A DNA stretch of 58,012 nucleotides from an uncultured Candidatus Saccharibacteria bacterium. GTDB taxonomy: Bacteria; Patescibacteriota; Minisyncoccia; Minisyncoccales; UBA1441. The notes beneath the pieces were generated by a model, which was given only the letters and a program-made list of their open reading frames with translations, was not told the origin of the DNA and made no database searches. The stretch spans positions 1-58,012 of the forward strand of contig CAYZEC010000015.1 of NCBI GenBank assembly GCA_964477715.1. Reading direction: 5' to 3'. This document shows, one piece after another, positions 25,545-34,816 of this stretch. The translations under genes were made by a program, and so were the position numbers. Position 1 is the first letter of the stretch; each line of letters begins with the position of its first letter.

Positions 25545-27035
25545 TTAATCACTCAACGCTTCTTCTAGTATTTTTTTCGCCAGGCCCGGCTCAACCCTTC
25601 CACCGGTTTCCTTCATTAATTGTCCAATTAAAAATTGCAAAACCGAAGTTTTCCCTTGTTTATAAGCATTAACTAATTCTGGCTGATTTTTTAAAATCTT
25701 ATTTGTCAAAGACTTAATCACCCCCTGATCATCAATCTGAGCCAATCCCCTATCCTCAATAATATGAGAAGGATCTCCCCCATTTTCAAACATTTCTTTC
25801 AGGACGTCTTTCGCAATACGAGATGATATCTTATTTTGAAAAATCAAAATAATTAATTCAGCGAAATTCTCGGGAGTAATTTTAATTTCTCCCCCCGATC
25901 GCTCATTGAGCATGCTTTTCAAATCACTTGTTAAATAATTTATTAAAAGCTTTATCAATTCTCCTTTTTTATTTTGATCGACCTTCTCGTCTTTCATCCA
26001 AGCGAAAAGCTCGCTTACCGTTTTTTCGAAATAATTACCCAGTTCAATGTCTCGAATCAACAACTCAGCATCGCCTCCTCCTGATTGAGATTCTTTTTCG
26101 GGATCAATTTGATATTCTTTAACAAACCTTATCCTTTTCTCTTTGGGTAATTCTGGCAGATCCCCCCTGATCTTATCAATATCGGCTTGAGTCCACTTCA
26201 TCGGCAATAAGTCTGGTTCTGGAAAATAACGATATTCTTGGGCCACTTCTTTTTTTCTTTGCAATATTGTAGCTTTTCCATCCCAACCTCTCGTTTCTTG
26301 ATCAATCTTATTTCCTTGAAGGATAAGATTAGATTGTCGACTTATCTCATAATCAATTGCTTCTCTTACGGCATGTAATGAATTTAAGTTTTTAAGTTCA
26401 ACTTTAACTCCGGAGCCTAATGGCTCGCTTTCCAATTGGACTGAAACGTTAGCTTCTATTCTCATTTCTCCTTTTTCCATATCAGCATTAGAAACTTTTA
26501 AGTCCCTTAAAATTAAATGTAATTCCTTAACGAAATTATCCACTTCCTGCCCATTAGAAAAATCAGGCTCAGTTACTAATTCCATTAAAGGCATACCTGC
26601 TCGATTAAAATCAACCAAAGAGTCGCTTTTATTATGAATAAGGCGTGCCGTATCTTCTTCTAAATGGATCCTCTTGATCCTTATTTCTTTTTCTTTATTT
26701 ATTTCAAAAATTCCCTCAGCACATAATGGTTTTTCGGCTTGAGAGATCTGATATCCTTTCGGAAGATCGGGGTAAAAATAACTTTTTCGAGCAAATTCTG
26801 ATTCTAACAATATTCTGCATCCAAGGGCTAATCCCATTTTAATGACTCTATAAACAGCTTCGGCATTGGCTGTCGGAAGAGTTCCTGGATGCCCTAAACA
26901 AATAGGGCAAATATTTTTATTAGGAATTATTTCTTCCGAATCATTAATGCAGCTGCAAAACATTTTGCTCAGTGTTCTTAACTGAACATGAATCTCTAAA
27001 CCAATAACTGGCTTTAGTTCTTCTTTTTTCTCCAT
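25545..27035 (-). CDS. gatB: Asp/Glu-tRNA(Asn/Gln) amidotransferase subunit B
   Basis: Contains GLEIHVQL...SKMFCSC and a C-terminal YqeY-like tail. Length is 496 aa. Confidence 0.9.
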   Translation of the reverse strand: MEKKEELKPVIGLEIHVQLRTLSKMFCSCINDSEEIIPNKNICPICLGHPGTLPTANAEAVYRVIKMGLALGCRILLESEFARKSYFYPDLPKGYQISQAEKPLCAEGIFEINKEKEIRIKRIHLEEDTARLIHNKSDSLVDFNRAGMPLMELVTEPDFSNGQEVDNFVKELHLILRDLKVSNADMEKGEMRIEANVSVQLESEPLGSGVKVELKNLNSLHAVREAIDYEISRQSNLILQGNKIDQETRGWDGKATILQRKKEVAQEYRYFPEPDLLPMKWTQADIDKIRGDLPELPKEKRIRFVKEYQIDPEKESQSGGGDAELLIRDIELGNYFEKTVSELFAWMKDEKVDQNKKGELIKLLINYLTSDLKSMLNERSGGEIKITPENFAELIILIFQNKISSRIAKDVLKEMFENGGDPSHIIEDRGLAQIDDQGVIKSLTNKILKNQPELVNAYKQGKTSVLQFLIGQLMKETGGRVEPGLAKKILEEALSD

Positions 27036-27042
27036 ATTATAA

Positions 27043-27116
27043 TGGAGCCGCCTGCAGGAATTGAACCCGCGTCCGTGGTTTACAAAACCACTGCTTTACC
27101 ACTAAGCTAAGGCGGC
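27043..27116 (-). tRNA. tRNA-Thr (UGU), CCA encoded
   Basis: The reverse complement is GCCGCCTTAGCTTAGTGGTAAAGCAGTGGTTTTGTAAACCAC...AGGCGGCTCCA. The anticodon loop is UUUGUAA and the cloverleaf is 74 nt. Confidence 0.9.
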
Positions 27117-27118
27117 TT

Positions 27119-27334
27119 TTAATGGTTCTCGGATATTTTATCCCAAAAATCAGATTTGAGTTTTTTTGATTCCGCTGGAAAAACAATACCTTCTGATTGA
27201 TTAATTTCTTCATCGCCTCTCCCTACAACCATTTTCCCTTCCTGAATCATTTTATTGAATTTATTTCCCGCAATAACAATCATTCCGACAAGACTAAGTG
27301 ATAATATCGAAATTAATCCAATGTACTCGCTCAT
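27119..27334 (-). CDS. Hypothetical small single-pass membrane protein
   Basis: ORF directly downstream of tsf. Start taken at the internal ATG (MSEYIGLISILSLSLVGMIVIAG...). No recognisable family. Confidence 0.35.
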   Translation of the reverse strand: MSEYIGLISILSLSLVGMIVIAGNKFNKMIQEGKMVVGRGDEEINQSEGIVFPAESKKLKSDFWDKISENH

Positions 27335-27338
27335 AATC

Positions 27339-27920
27339 CTATATTTCAAAACGAGCAAAGTTACTTATCTCTATCTTTTCTCCTAATTGAGAGACAAGAT
27401 CATCTATTAAGCCTTGCACCCTCTTGTCTTCGTCTTTGATCCATTTTTGCCTTAACAAGACCACCTCCCCATACCATTTTTCTAATTTTCCTTGAATAAT
27501 CTTATCGGCCATCTCAGCTGGCTTACCGGCTTTTTCCATTTGTTCGGCATAAATTTCTTTCTCTTTGGCAATTATTTCTTCTGGAATTGCTTCTTGCGAT
27601 ATATAGAGAGGATTCATGGCAGCAATCTGCATCGATATTTCACGAGTAAGATTTTGAAATTTATCAGATTTAGCAACAAAATCAGACTCACATCGAACCT
27701 CAAGCAAAACCCCGACTCGACCATTGGCGTGAATATAACTGTTTACCAATCCTTGTCCGGCTTGCCGCATAGATTTGCTTATAGCAATTTCTTTGCCTCT
27801 CTTTTTGAGAATTTCCTTTGCCTTTTCCACATCTCCCTTAGCTTCTTCTAACGCTTCCTTGCACTCAGAAATTCCAATCCCCGTTTCTTCTCTTAATTTT
27901 TTAACCTGATCAATAGACAT
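27339..27920 (-). CDS. tsf: Elongation factor Ts
   Basis: Has the N-terminal UBA-like VKKLREETGIGISECKEAL. It follows rpsB. Length is 193 aa. Confidence 0.9.
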   Translation of the reverse strand: MSIDQVKKLREETGIGISECKEALEEAKGDVEKAKEILKKRGKEIAISKSMRQAGQGLVNSYIHANGRVGVLLEVRCESDFVAKSDKFQNLTREISMQIAAMNPLYISQEAIPEEIIAKEKEIYAEQMEKAGKPAEMADKIIQGKLEKWYGEVVLLRQKWIKDEDKRVQGLIDDLVSQLGEKIEISNFARFEI

Positions 27921-27922
27921 AA

Positions 27923-28603
27923 TTAATGTAATACTTCTTTAACTTGTTCTAGAATAAAATTAATGCTAGATGATGCATCGTCGTTAGCTGGAATAGGATA
28001 ATCTACTAATTCAGGGTTTAAATTCGTATCAACCAATGCTATCGATTTGATGCCTTTGCGTTTTGCTTCTTGCGCAACCAACGCAGTCTTATCTAGATCA
28101 AAAATGAAAACAGCGACAGGCAGTTCTTTCATTGTCCTTAATCCTTCGAAATTTCTTTTTAATTTCTCAATTTCTTGATCTATCCCCAATCTTTCTTTTT
28201 TTGTGTAATGATCGAATTCTCCTTTTTCTCTTTTTGTCTCTTTTTCAATTAAATCCTTAACACGATGAGAAATTATCTTAAAATTAGTAAAAGTCCCGCC
28301 AAGCCAACGTTCGTGGACATAAGGCATTTTGCACTCTTGGGCCACTTTGGCAACAAGATCTTTGATCTGAACCTTGGTACCAACAAATAAAACCTGTTTA
28401 TTTTCTTTTTTCAATTTTACCAATAAATCTAAAGCCAAATTTAATTTCTCTGATGTTTTTGACAGATCAATTAAATGAACCCCCGACTTCATGCCAACGA
28501 CATAAGGCTTCATCTTAGGATGTAATCGAGAACTGCGATGGCCATACCCAACACCTGCTTCGATCATCCCTTCTATTAATTTTTCGTTTTTATTGTTATT
28601 CAT
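27923..28603 (-). CDS. rpsB: Ribosomal protein uS2
   Basis: Contains GVGYGHRSSRLHPKMKPYV... Length is 226 aa. It is paired with tsf. Confidence 0.9.
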   Translation of the reverse strand: MNNNKNEKLIEGMIEAGVGYGHRSSRLHPKMKPYVVGMKSGVHLIDLSKTSEKLNLALDLLVKLKKENKQVLFVGTKVQIKDLVAKVAQECKMPYVHERWLGGTFTNFKIISHRVKDLIEKETKREKGEFDHYTKKERLGIDQEIEKLKRNFEGLRTMKELPVAVFIFDLDKTALVAQEAKRKGIKSIALVDTNLNPELVDYPIPANDDASSSINFILEQVKEVLH

Positions 28604-28757
28604 ATTTTAATCTAGAAATATAGAACGGCCCCTTAAAGAAGCCGACCAGTTGTGCGGTTACAACCTGATTCTATCTTAAGTGTCTGAAAAAAGATAACAT
28701 AAACTATTATAATAATCAATGCTAATCACGATAATTTTATTACCTCATATCAAATTC

Positions 28758-28786
28758 TTGCGGAGAAGCTTGATTTCTAATAATAT
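28758..28786 (+). promoter_or_regulatory. Candidate promoter for rpmE-prfA
   Basis: Reads TTGCGG, a 17-nt spacer, then TAATAT. It lies 17 nt upstream of the ATG. In an AT-rich spacer this is tentative. Confidence 0.3.
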
Positions 28787-28803
28787 TTTGCTATTCTGAT
28801 CAT

Positions 28804-29034
28804 ATGAAAAAGGACCTACATCCTAAATATACATCCGAGGCACAAGTTACTTGTGCTTGTGGAAAGCGTTTTTCGATTGGCTCAACAGTTAGCGAAATTA
28901 AAACTGAAATTTGTGGTTTTTGCCATCCTTTTTATACTGGCGAGCAGAAATTTGTCGATGTTCAAGGACAAGTTCAGAAATTCCAGGAAAGATTAGCAAA
29001 AAAGGATAAAAAGACAAAAAAGAAAAATAAATGA
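28804..29034 (+). CDS. rpmE: Ribosomal protein bL31
   Basis: Begins MKKDLHPKY, contains ...CHPFYTG, and has Cys pairs consistent with the zinc-binding type. Confidence 0.9.
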   Translation: MKKDLHPKYTSEAQVTCACGKRFSIGSTVSEIKTEICGFCHPFYTGEQKFVDVQGQVQKFQERLAKKDKKTKKKNK

Positions 29035-29762
29035 GCGTTTCGGCTATTATTATCGAGATTCGAGCCGGAGCTGGTGGCGAAGAAGCCGCCCTTTTTGCTC
29101 GTAATCTTTTTGATGCCTATTCTCGATATGCTCAAAAGAATAAATGGCCTCTCGAAATATTTGATCAAAATATTACTGATTTGGGTGGCTATCGAAAGAT
29201 TTCTTTCAGAATCATCAGCCAAGAAGCATGGAATCAAATGAAATTTGAAGGAGGAACTCATCGTGTTCAAAGGATTCCTTATACCGAAAAAGCTGGTCGC
29301 ATCCAAACTTCTACTATAACAGTTTCTGTTTGCTCACAACAGAAGTCTTATTCTGTAAAATTGAACCCAGCAGAGGTTAAAATAGACTTCTATCGATCTT
29401 CTGGTCCCGGCGGGCAAAATGTTAATAAAAGAGAAACTGCCGTAAGATTAACACACATCCCGAGTAATTTGATAGTTACTTGCCAATCTAGTCGAAGTCA
29501 GCAAAAAAACAAGGAGCTGGCTTTCTCTATTCTGCTCGCCCAATTAGTAAATATTCAGGAAGAAAAAGAGAAAAAAGAGAAAGAGAAGTCTAAAAAATCT
29601 CAGATCGGATCAGGCGAACGATCTGAAAAAATAAGGACCTATCATTTTCCTCGTAACCAGATAACCGATCATAGAATCAATCAAAGCTGGCACAATTTGG
29701 AAGATGTCATGAAGGGAGATTTTGAGCAAATATTTAAAATTCTTACAAGAAAAATATCCTAA
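29031..29762 (+). CDS. prfA: Peptide chain release factor, RF1-like, lacking N-terminal domain 1
   Basis: Has the GGQ motif (SGPGGQNVNK) and an RF1-type decoding segment HRVQRIPYTEKAGRIQTS (PxT position = PYT). It starts at the equivalent of E. coli RF1 residue ~110 (IEIRAGAGGEEAALFA). Its ATG overlaps the rpmE stop. Confidence 0.75.
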   Translation: MSVSAIIIEIRAGAGGEEAALFARNLFDAYSRYAQKNKWPLEIFDQNITDLGGYRKISFRIISQEAWNQMKFEGGTHRVQRIPYTEKAGRIQTSTITVSVCSQQKSYSVKLNPAEVKIDFYRSSGPGGQNVNKRETAVRLTHIPSNLIVTCQSSRSQQKNKELAFSILLAQLVNIQEEKEKKEKEKSKKSQIGSGERSEKIRTYHFPRNQITDHRINQSWHNLEDVMKGDFEQIFKILTRKIS

Positions 29763-29765
29763 TAA

Positions 29766-30815
29766 TTACCTTGGAGGCTCCAATTCCCTTTCTTCAATTA
29801 AAACATCTCTCAACTCGTCTAAGCTTTCTAGGATGGCCCCGGCACCTCGCACCATTGCAGTTAAAGGATCTTCTATGATTTTCACAGGCATCTTAACCTC
29901 TTTCATTATCAATTGATCTAAATTTTTCAAAAACGCTCCCCCTCCAGCAAGGTGTATTCCATCACTCATGATATCCGACAAGAGTTCAGGTGGCGTCATC
30001 TCAATCGTATCTTTAACAGCTGCCACAATTTCTTCAACCGATTTTTTCAAGGCTTGATAAATATCTTTCGAGGATATAATAATTTCTTCGGGCAAACCTG
30101 TTACGATGTTGCGCCCTCTCACAGGCATTTCCTCATTTTGAGTTGGAGGAATAGCTGAACCAATTCTAATTTTTGTTTTTTCAGCAGACTGTTCTCCAAC
30201 AATCAATCGGTATTCTTCTAAAACATAGTCAATAATATCTTGATTCAATTTATCACCGGCTGTTTTTAGGCTTATTTTGGCAACAATTCCACCTAAAGAA
30301 ATAACGGCTACTTCCGAGGTTCCTCCGCCAATGTCAACAATCAAATTACCCGTTGCTTCTTGAATGGGCATTTTCGCTCCAATCGCTGAAGCAACTGGTT
30401 CGTCAACTAAAAATACTTGATAAGCTCCTGCATTTCGGGCAGCATCACGAACAGCCTTTTCTTCTACTTCCGTTATTCCCGAAGGAATTCCAATAATAAC
30501 TCGAGGCCATAAATGAGGAAACCAATTTTTACCACGTGCTTTCTGAATAAAATACCGGAGCATTTGTTCGGTAATTTCAAAATCAGAAACGACTCCTTTA
30601 ACTAAAGGACGAGAAGCAACTATATACGAAGGCGTTCGCCCCACCATCTTCTTAGCCGCCTGACCAATGGCTAATATCTGACCAGTTTTTTCATTCAAAG
30701 CAACAACCGACGGTTCATTGATAATGATTCCTTTGCCTCGAACATAAACCAATGAATTAGCTGTCCCCAGATCGATAGCAATATCTTGATAAAAATAATT
30801 TAAGTTCTTCTTCAT
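29766..30815 (-). CDS. mreB: Rod-shape/actin-like protein MreB (paralog 1)
   Basis: Has actin-fold phosphate motifs IAIDLGTANS and DIGGGTSEVAVIS. Length is 349 aa. Confidence 0.9.
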   Translation of the reverse strand: MKKNLNYFYQDIAIDLGTANSLVYVRGKGIIINEPSVVALNEKTGQILAIGQAAKKMVGRTPSYIVASRPLVKGVVSDFEITEQMLRYFIQKARGKNWFPHLWPRVIIGIPSGITEVEEKAVRDAARNAGAYQVFLVDEPVASAIGAKMPIQEATGNLIVDIGGGTSEVAVISLGGIVAKISLKTAGDKLNQDIIDYVLEEYRLIVGEQSAEKTKIRIGSAIPPTQNEEMPVRGRNIVTGLPEEIIISSKDIYQALKKSVEEIVAAVKDTIEMTPPELLSDIMSDGIHLAGGGAFLKNLDQLIMKEVKMPVKIIEDPLTAMVRGAGAILESLDELRDVLIEERELEPPR

Positions 30816-30835
30816 GTCTTTATTATATCATTCAA

Positions 30836-32260
30836 TTAATAAGACTGAGCAAATAACCAGCGATATTTTGCCGGTTTGCCACAATAAATACACTTTCCTG
30901 ATTCCTCAACTGAATCGAATGGAAGACAACGCGTTGATGCCTTGGTCTCTTGTTTTATCTTGCTCTCACAATCTCTACTTTCACACCAAAAAGCTCGAAT
31001 AAATCCTCTTTGGCTCTGCATTATTTCTTTGAATTCTTGATAAGAATCTACAGTGTGAGTATTTTCTTCTGTAAAAAGACGATGTTTTAATAAAAGTTCA
31101 TCCTGAATTTCTTTGAGAATTTTCTTAACTTCTTTCTTTATTCCTAAATATGGAATTAATATTTTTTCAAGATTATCGCGACGCACTAACGTACATGAAT
31201 TAATCTTGCTCTCCTTCTCCCCCACCTCTATTCTTAAAGGGACTCCCTTCATCTCCCATTGATTAAACTTAAAACCGACTGTTTCTTTTTCTTTCATGTC
31301 TAGCTTTGCTCTGAAATCAGATAATTCTTCTTTTATTTTATGAGCATAGCTTAAGACATAATCCTTGTTCTGAGCGTTGAAAACTGGAATTATGACAATT
31401 TGTATCGGCGCTATGGCTGGAGGAAGAACCAATCCATTGTCGTCTCCGTGAGCCATAATTAAACCTCCGATACTCCGAGTTGATAATCCCCAACTATTCT
31501 GCCAGGGATAAAGATCATTACCTTTTTCATCTTGAACCGTCCAATTAAAAGCTTTCGCAAAATTCTGACCTAAGTCATGAGAAGTTCCCGCTTGTAAGGC
31601 TTTCCCATCCGGCATTAAAATCTCAATTGTTAGGGTTTGGTCTGCTCCATCAAATTTCTCAGCATCACTTTTTCGGCCTGGTATACTATGCATAGCCATC
31701 AAGTCTCGATACATAATTTGATAACAATCTAGAGCCCAGCGGACTACTTCAATACTCTCTTCATGAAAAGCATGAGCACAGTGGCCCTCTTGCCATAAAA
31801 ATTCAGAAGTTCTTAAAAATAAATAGGTTCTCTTCTCCCACCTCACAACATTACTCCACTGATTTATTTTAATCGGAAGATCCCGCCACGATTTAATCCA
31901 CTTCTGGTACATTGCATATATAATAGTTTCGGAAGTAGGGCGAACAATTAACCTTTCTTTGAGCTCCTGCCCTCCTGCAACCGTGACAATTGCCGTATAA
32001 GGGTTAAATCCTTCTACATGGTCTTCTTCTTTTTTCAGATAAGATTCTGGGATGAATATTGGGAAATAGGCATTTTCGACTTCTTTATTTTTAAACAAAG
32101 GATCCAAGAATCGTTGAACCGATTCCCACAAAGAATATCCATAAGGACGAATAATCATACACCCTTTAACCGGAGCATAATCAGCTAAACCAGCCTTCAA
32201 GACAACATCGTTGTACCATTCAGATATATTTTTCGATTTGGGAGAAATTTCTTTCTTCAT
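30836..32260 (-). CDS. proS: Prolyl-tRNA synthetase, archaeal/eukaryote-like type (no INS editing domain, C-terminal zinc-binding domain)
   Basis: 474 aa with class II motifs, a C-terminal Cys cluster (CESRDCE...CIYCGK) and terminal ...FAQSY. Confidence 0.85.
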   Translation of the reverse strand: MKKEISPKSKNISEWYNDVVLKAGLADYAPVKGCMIIRPYGYSLWESVQRFLDPLFKNKEVENAYFPIFIPESYLKKEEDHVEGFNPYTAIVTVAGGQELKERLIVRPTSETIIYAMYQKWIKSWRDLPIKINQWSNVVRWEKRTYLFLRTSEFLWQEGHCAHAFHEESIEVVRWALDCYQIMYRDLMAMHSIPGRKSDAEKFDGADQTLTIEILMPDGKALQAGTSHDLGQNFAKAFNWTVQDEKGNDLYPWQNSWGLSTRSIGGLIMAHGDDNGLVLPPAIAPIQIVIIPVFNAQNKDYVLSYAHKIKEELSDFRAKLDMKEKETVGFKFNQWEMKGVPLRIEVGEKESKINSCTLVRRDNLEKILIPYLGIKKEVKKILKEIQDELLLKHRLFTEENTHTVDSYQEFKEIMQSQRGFIRAFWCESRDCESKIKQETKASTRCLPFDSVEESGKCIYCGKPAKYRWLFAQSY

Positions 32261-32270
32261 ATATCTTTAA

Positions 32271-33347
32271 TTATAACGGTTTAATCAGATAAAGAATATC
32301 CCTAATGCTAACAAAGATTAACAAGCCGATTATGAGAAAAAAGAAAATATTATTTATAGTATTTTCTATGACTCGATTGGGCTTTCGACCAATTATTTTT
32401 TCAATCCCAACAAATAAAACTTTCCCCCCATCTAAAGCCGGAAGAGGTAAAATATTGAATATAGTAAAATAAATAGCAATGACTGCCAATAGCGTCAACA
32501 ATCTGTCCCACCCTATAGCCGCTTGCTCTCCTACAATCTGGACAATTCCTATTGGCCCAACAACTCGTGCTCCCGGAATTTTCTCTCCTTGAATTAAGCG
32601 ATGAATCATTTGAGCAGTCAAAACAGGAATCGTTACTGTTTGAATAGCCGTCGCTCGCAAGCCAGCCCAAGGGGCTTGATACCATTTATAATTTTGATGA
32701 TAAATTGTTCCGATAATTATGCCTAAAGATCCCTCGTCTTTAGCTCTTTCTTCTTCAAGCGCTGGCCTAACTTCTAACAAAATTAATTCTTTCCCTCGTT
32801 TAATCATTAATTCGACAAATTGTCCTTTATTTTCTTCTAGGAAAGAAATCAATTGATGAGGTTCTTCAAAAATTAATTCTGGCTTATCACTTGTTCCTAA
32901 AATAATGTCACCGATCATTAATCCTGCTTCTTGAGCCGGGGATGCTGGACTAACTTCAGCTATTTGAATTTGCCCGGGTTGATTACCGGTCGCAGCAAAA
33001 GATAATCCCCAAATACCAGCAACTAATGAAAATATGACAACTGCCGTCAACCATGTTGCTATTATTCCGCCCAGGAAAATGGCAATTCTTTGACGGGCCG
33101 GGATTGATTCAATCCTTTCTTCAGGAGAGCCTTCTAATTCCGGAATACGGACAAAAGCTCCTAATGGTAGCCAATTTAAGGAATAAAGAGTTTCTTTGAT
33201 TTTCACTCCCCAAATACGTGGAGGAAGACCAATGCCAAACTCCTCAACGGTTAAACCAAATTTTTTAGCCATTAGGAAATGACCTAATTCGTGAATGGCC
33301 ATTAAAAAGATTAAGCCTAAGATTGCAATTAAAAAATAAAAAAACAT
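32271..33347 (-). CDS. rseP: Site-2 (M50) zinc metalloprotease RseP-like with PDZ domain
   Basis: Has HELGHFLMAKK (HExxH) in TM1, a central PDZ (PAQEAGLMIGDIIL) and a C-terminal LPALDGG motif. Confidence 0.85.
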   Translation of the reverse strand: MFFYFLIAILGLIFLMAIHELGHFLMAKKFGLTVEEFGIGLPPRIWGVKIKETLYSLNWLPLGAFVRIPELEGSPEERIESIPARQRIAIFLGGIIATWLTAVVIFSLVAGIWGLSFAATGNQPGQIQIAEVSPASPAQEAGLMIGDIILGTSDKPELIFEEPHQLISFLEENKGQFVELMIKRGKELILLEVRPALEEERAKDEGSLGIIIGTIYHQNYKWYQAPWAGLRATAIQTVTIPVLTAQMIHRLIQGEKIPGARVVGPIGIVQIVGEQAAIGWDRLLTLLAVIAIYFTIFNILPLPALDGGKVLFVGIEKIIGRKPNRVIENTINNIFFFLIIGLLIFVSIRDILYLIKPL

Positions 33348-33348
33348 A

Positions 33349-33906
33349 TCAACCTTTTATTTCTTCCTGCTTGTCCTCTTTCATCCTTTCCAATCTATCA
33401 TTGTATTCATTAATTAATTTTTGCAAATCATCTTTCATTTTGAATTTGTCATCCTCGCTAATTAAACTGTTACTGAATGCTTTTTGAATTTCATCCCAAC
33501 CTTCATGCCACCAATGACGAACGGTGTCTTTTGATTGATTTGTTTTGTCGTTAATCAACACAATTAAATTCTCCCTTCTTTCTTGAGAAAGATCTGGAGT
33601 TGTCACGCGAAGTAATTTCTGATCAACGCTTAAATTAAGCCCCATGTTTGATTGTCGGATGGCTTGTTCTATGGGCTGAAGGTAATCATCGCTCCAGGGC
33701 TGAACTATTAATTGATTACTCCCGCTAATATTAATAGAAGCTAATTGCTTTAACGACATCTCTTGCCCGGCAATTGAAATCTTCAGATCATCAATCAGAG
33801 ATGGAGTTACTCGAGAGGCATGAAGTTTATTTAACTCTTGCTGAAAAAAGGCTGTCACCTTTTCAAGCTCTTCTTTAATTCTGGTAATTGTTTCAATTTT
33901 AGACAT
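33349..33906 (-). CDS. frr: Ribosome recycling factor
   Basis: 185 aa from the ATG at 33906 (the ORF-track start 33912 is TTG). Shows the RRF pattern ...LLRVTTPDLSQERRENL... Confidence 0.85.
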   Translation of the reverse strand: MSKIETITRIKEELEKVTAFFQQELNKLHASRVTPSLIDDLKISIAGQEMSLKQLASINISGSNQLIVQPWSDDYLQPIEQAIRQSNMGLNLSVDQKLLRVTTPDLSQERRENLIVLINDKTNQSKDTVRHWWHEGWDEIQKAFSNSLISEDDKFKMKDDLQKLINEYNDRLERMKEDKQEEIKG

Positions 33907-34816
33907 GGTCAAATAATATTAAAATTTGTTCTAATGCCAGACGCTTATTAAGGCTGGTTCCTTCAATTTGTGAAATTGTTGCTTGAATTTGATTAATAAT
34001 TTCAGTTAATTGCTCCAAACTATAATCGGGGAACCATTTTGATGGTTCGATCAGGTTAAAAACATTGCTTAACATTGCGGCTCTCCAATAATTCAACCAA
34101 GTGTTTAGTGTTTCTGATAAAGTTTCCTCTTTTTTGACTAATCTTTCGACAAAACGAAAACGAATCACTAATGGCTCTTTCGCTAAATCCCCTATCGCTT
34201 TCCATTCTACCATTTTCTGCTCAAAAATCTTTTTGTTATCTTTGAGAGTAGCCATTTCATCTATCCTTCCCCCGCCCAGTAAGGCAATTAATTCTGATTT
34301 TTCACGAACCACACCTTGATTGATCAACCAATCCACTGCTCTCTGAAAATCATAACTTGGAAAATGAATAAGCTGACAACGAGATTGGATGGTTTCTTTT
34401 ATCGGCTTAAGCCTGTCTGCCAATAAAATAAATATTGTTTGATTTTTTGGTTCTTCTAATATTTTCAATAAAGCATCCTGAGCATAAACATTCATCTCTT
34501 GAGCTCGGTGAATCAATATTATTTGATGGCCTTTTTCCCCTAAACGAAAATCAGTATATGGCCTTATCTCACGAATTTGATCAATTCCAATAGTTTCTTT
34601 CCCCCCTTTTTGAGCGCTTTTGGGGTAAATAGGCCAAAGATAAAATTGCTCTTTCCCATCACCATTATCTGATAATTTTTTAATGAACCATTGAGCCATC
34701 CTCTCTTTTCCTGAACCCGACTCTCCTAAAAACAGATAAGCATGTGAAAGACGATTAAGGATAATCTCTTTCTCTAAAAATCCTTGTTTCCTCAAATGAG
34801 TTTCCGATTCAATCAT
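33899..34816 (-). CDS. holB: DNA polymerase III delta-prime subunit (AAA+ clamp-loader)
   Basis: Contains HAYLFLGESGSGK (P-loop context) and a SRC-like motif (QSRCQLIHF). Length is 305 aa. Confidence 0.75.
   Translation of the reverse strand: MIESETHLRKQGFLEKEIILNRLSHAYLFLGESGSGKERMAQWFIKKLSDNGDGKEQFYLWPIYPKSAQKGGKETIGIDQIREIRPYTDFRLGEKGHQIILIHRAQEMNVYAQDALLKILEEPKNQTIFILLADRLKPIKETIQSRCQLIHFPSYDFQRAVDWLINQGVVREKSELIALLGGGRIDEMATLKDNKKIFEQKMVEWKAIGDLAKEPLVIRFRFVERLVKKEETLSETLNTWLNYWRAAMLSNVFNLIEPSKWFPDYSLEQLTEIINQIQATISQIEGTSLNKRLALEQILILFDHV

Noticed and set aside
27492-27851. 119-aa ORF antisense to tsf. There are similar antisense ORFs at 1190..1507, 28974..29306, 36750..37064, 39865..40179, 44713..45027 and 56441..56740.
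   Set aside because: Each is fully nested opposite a well-supported conserved gene and has low-complexity composition. This is typical of stop-poor antisense frames in AT-rich genes.
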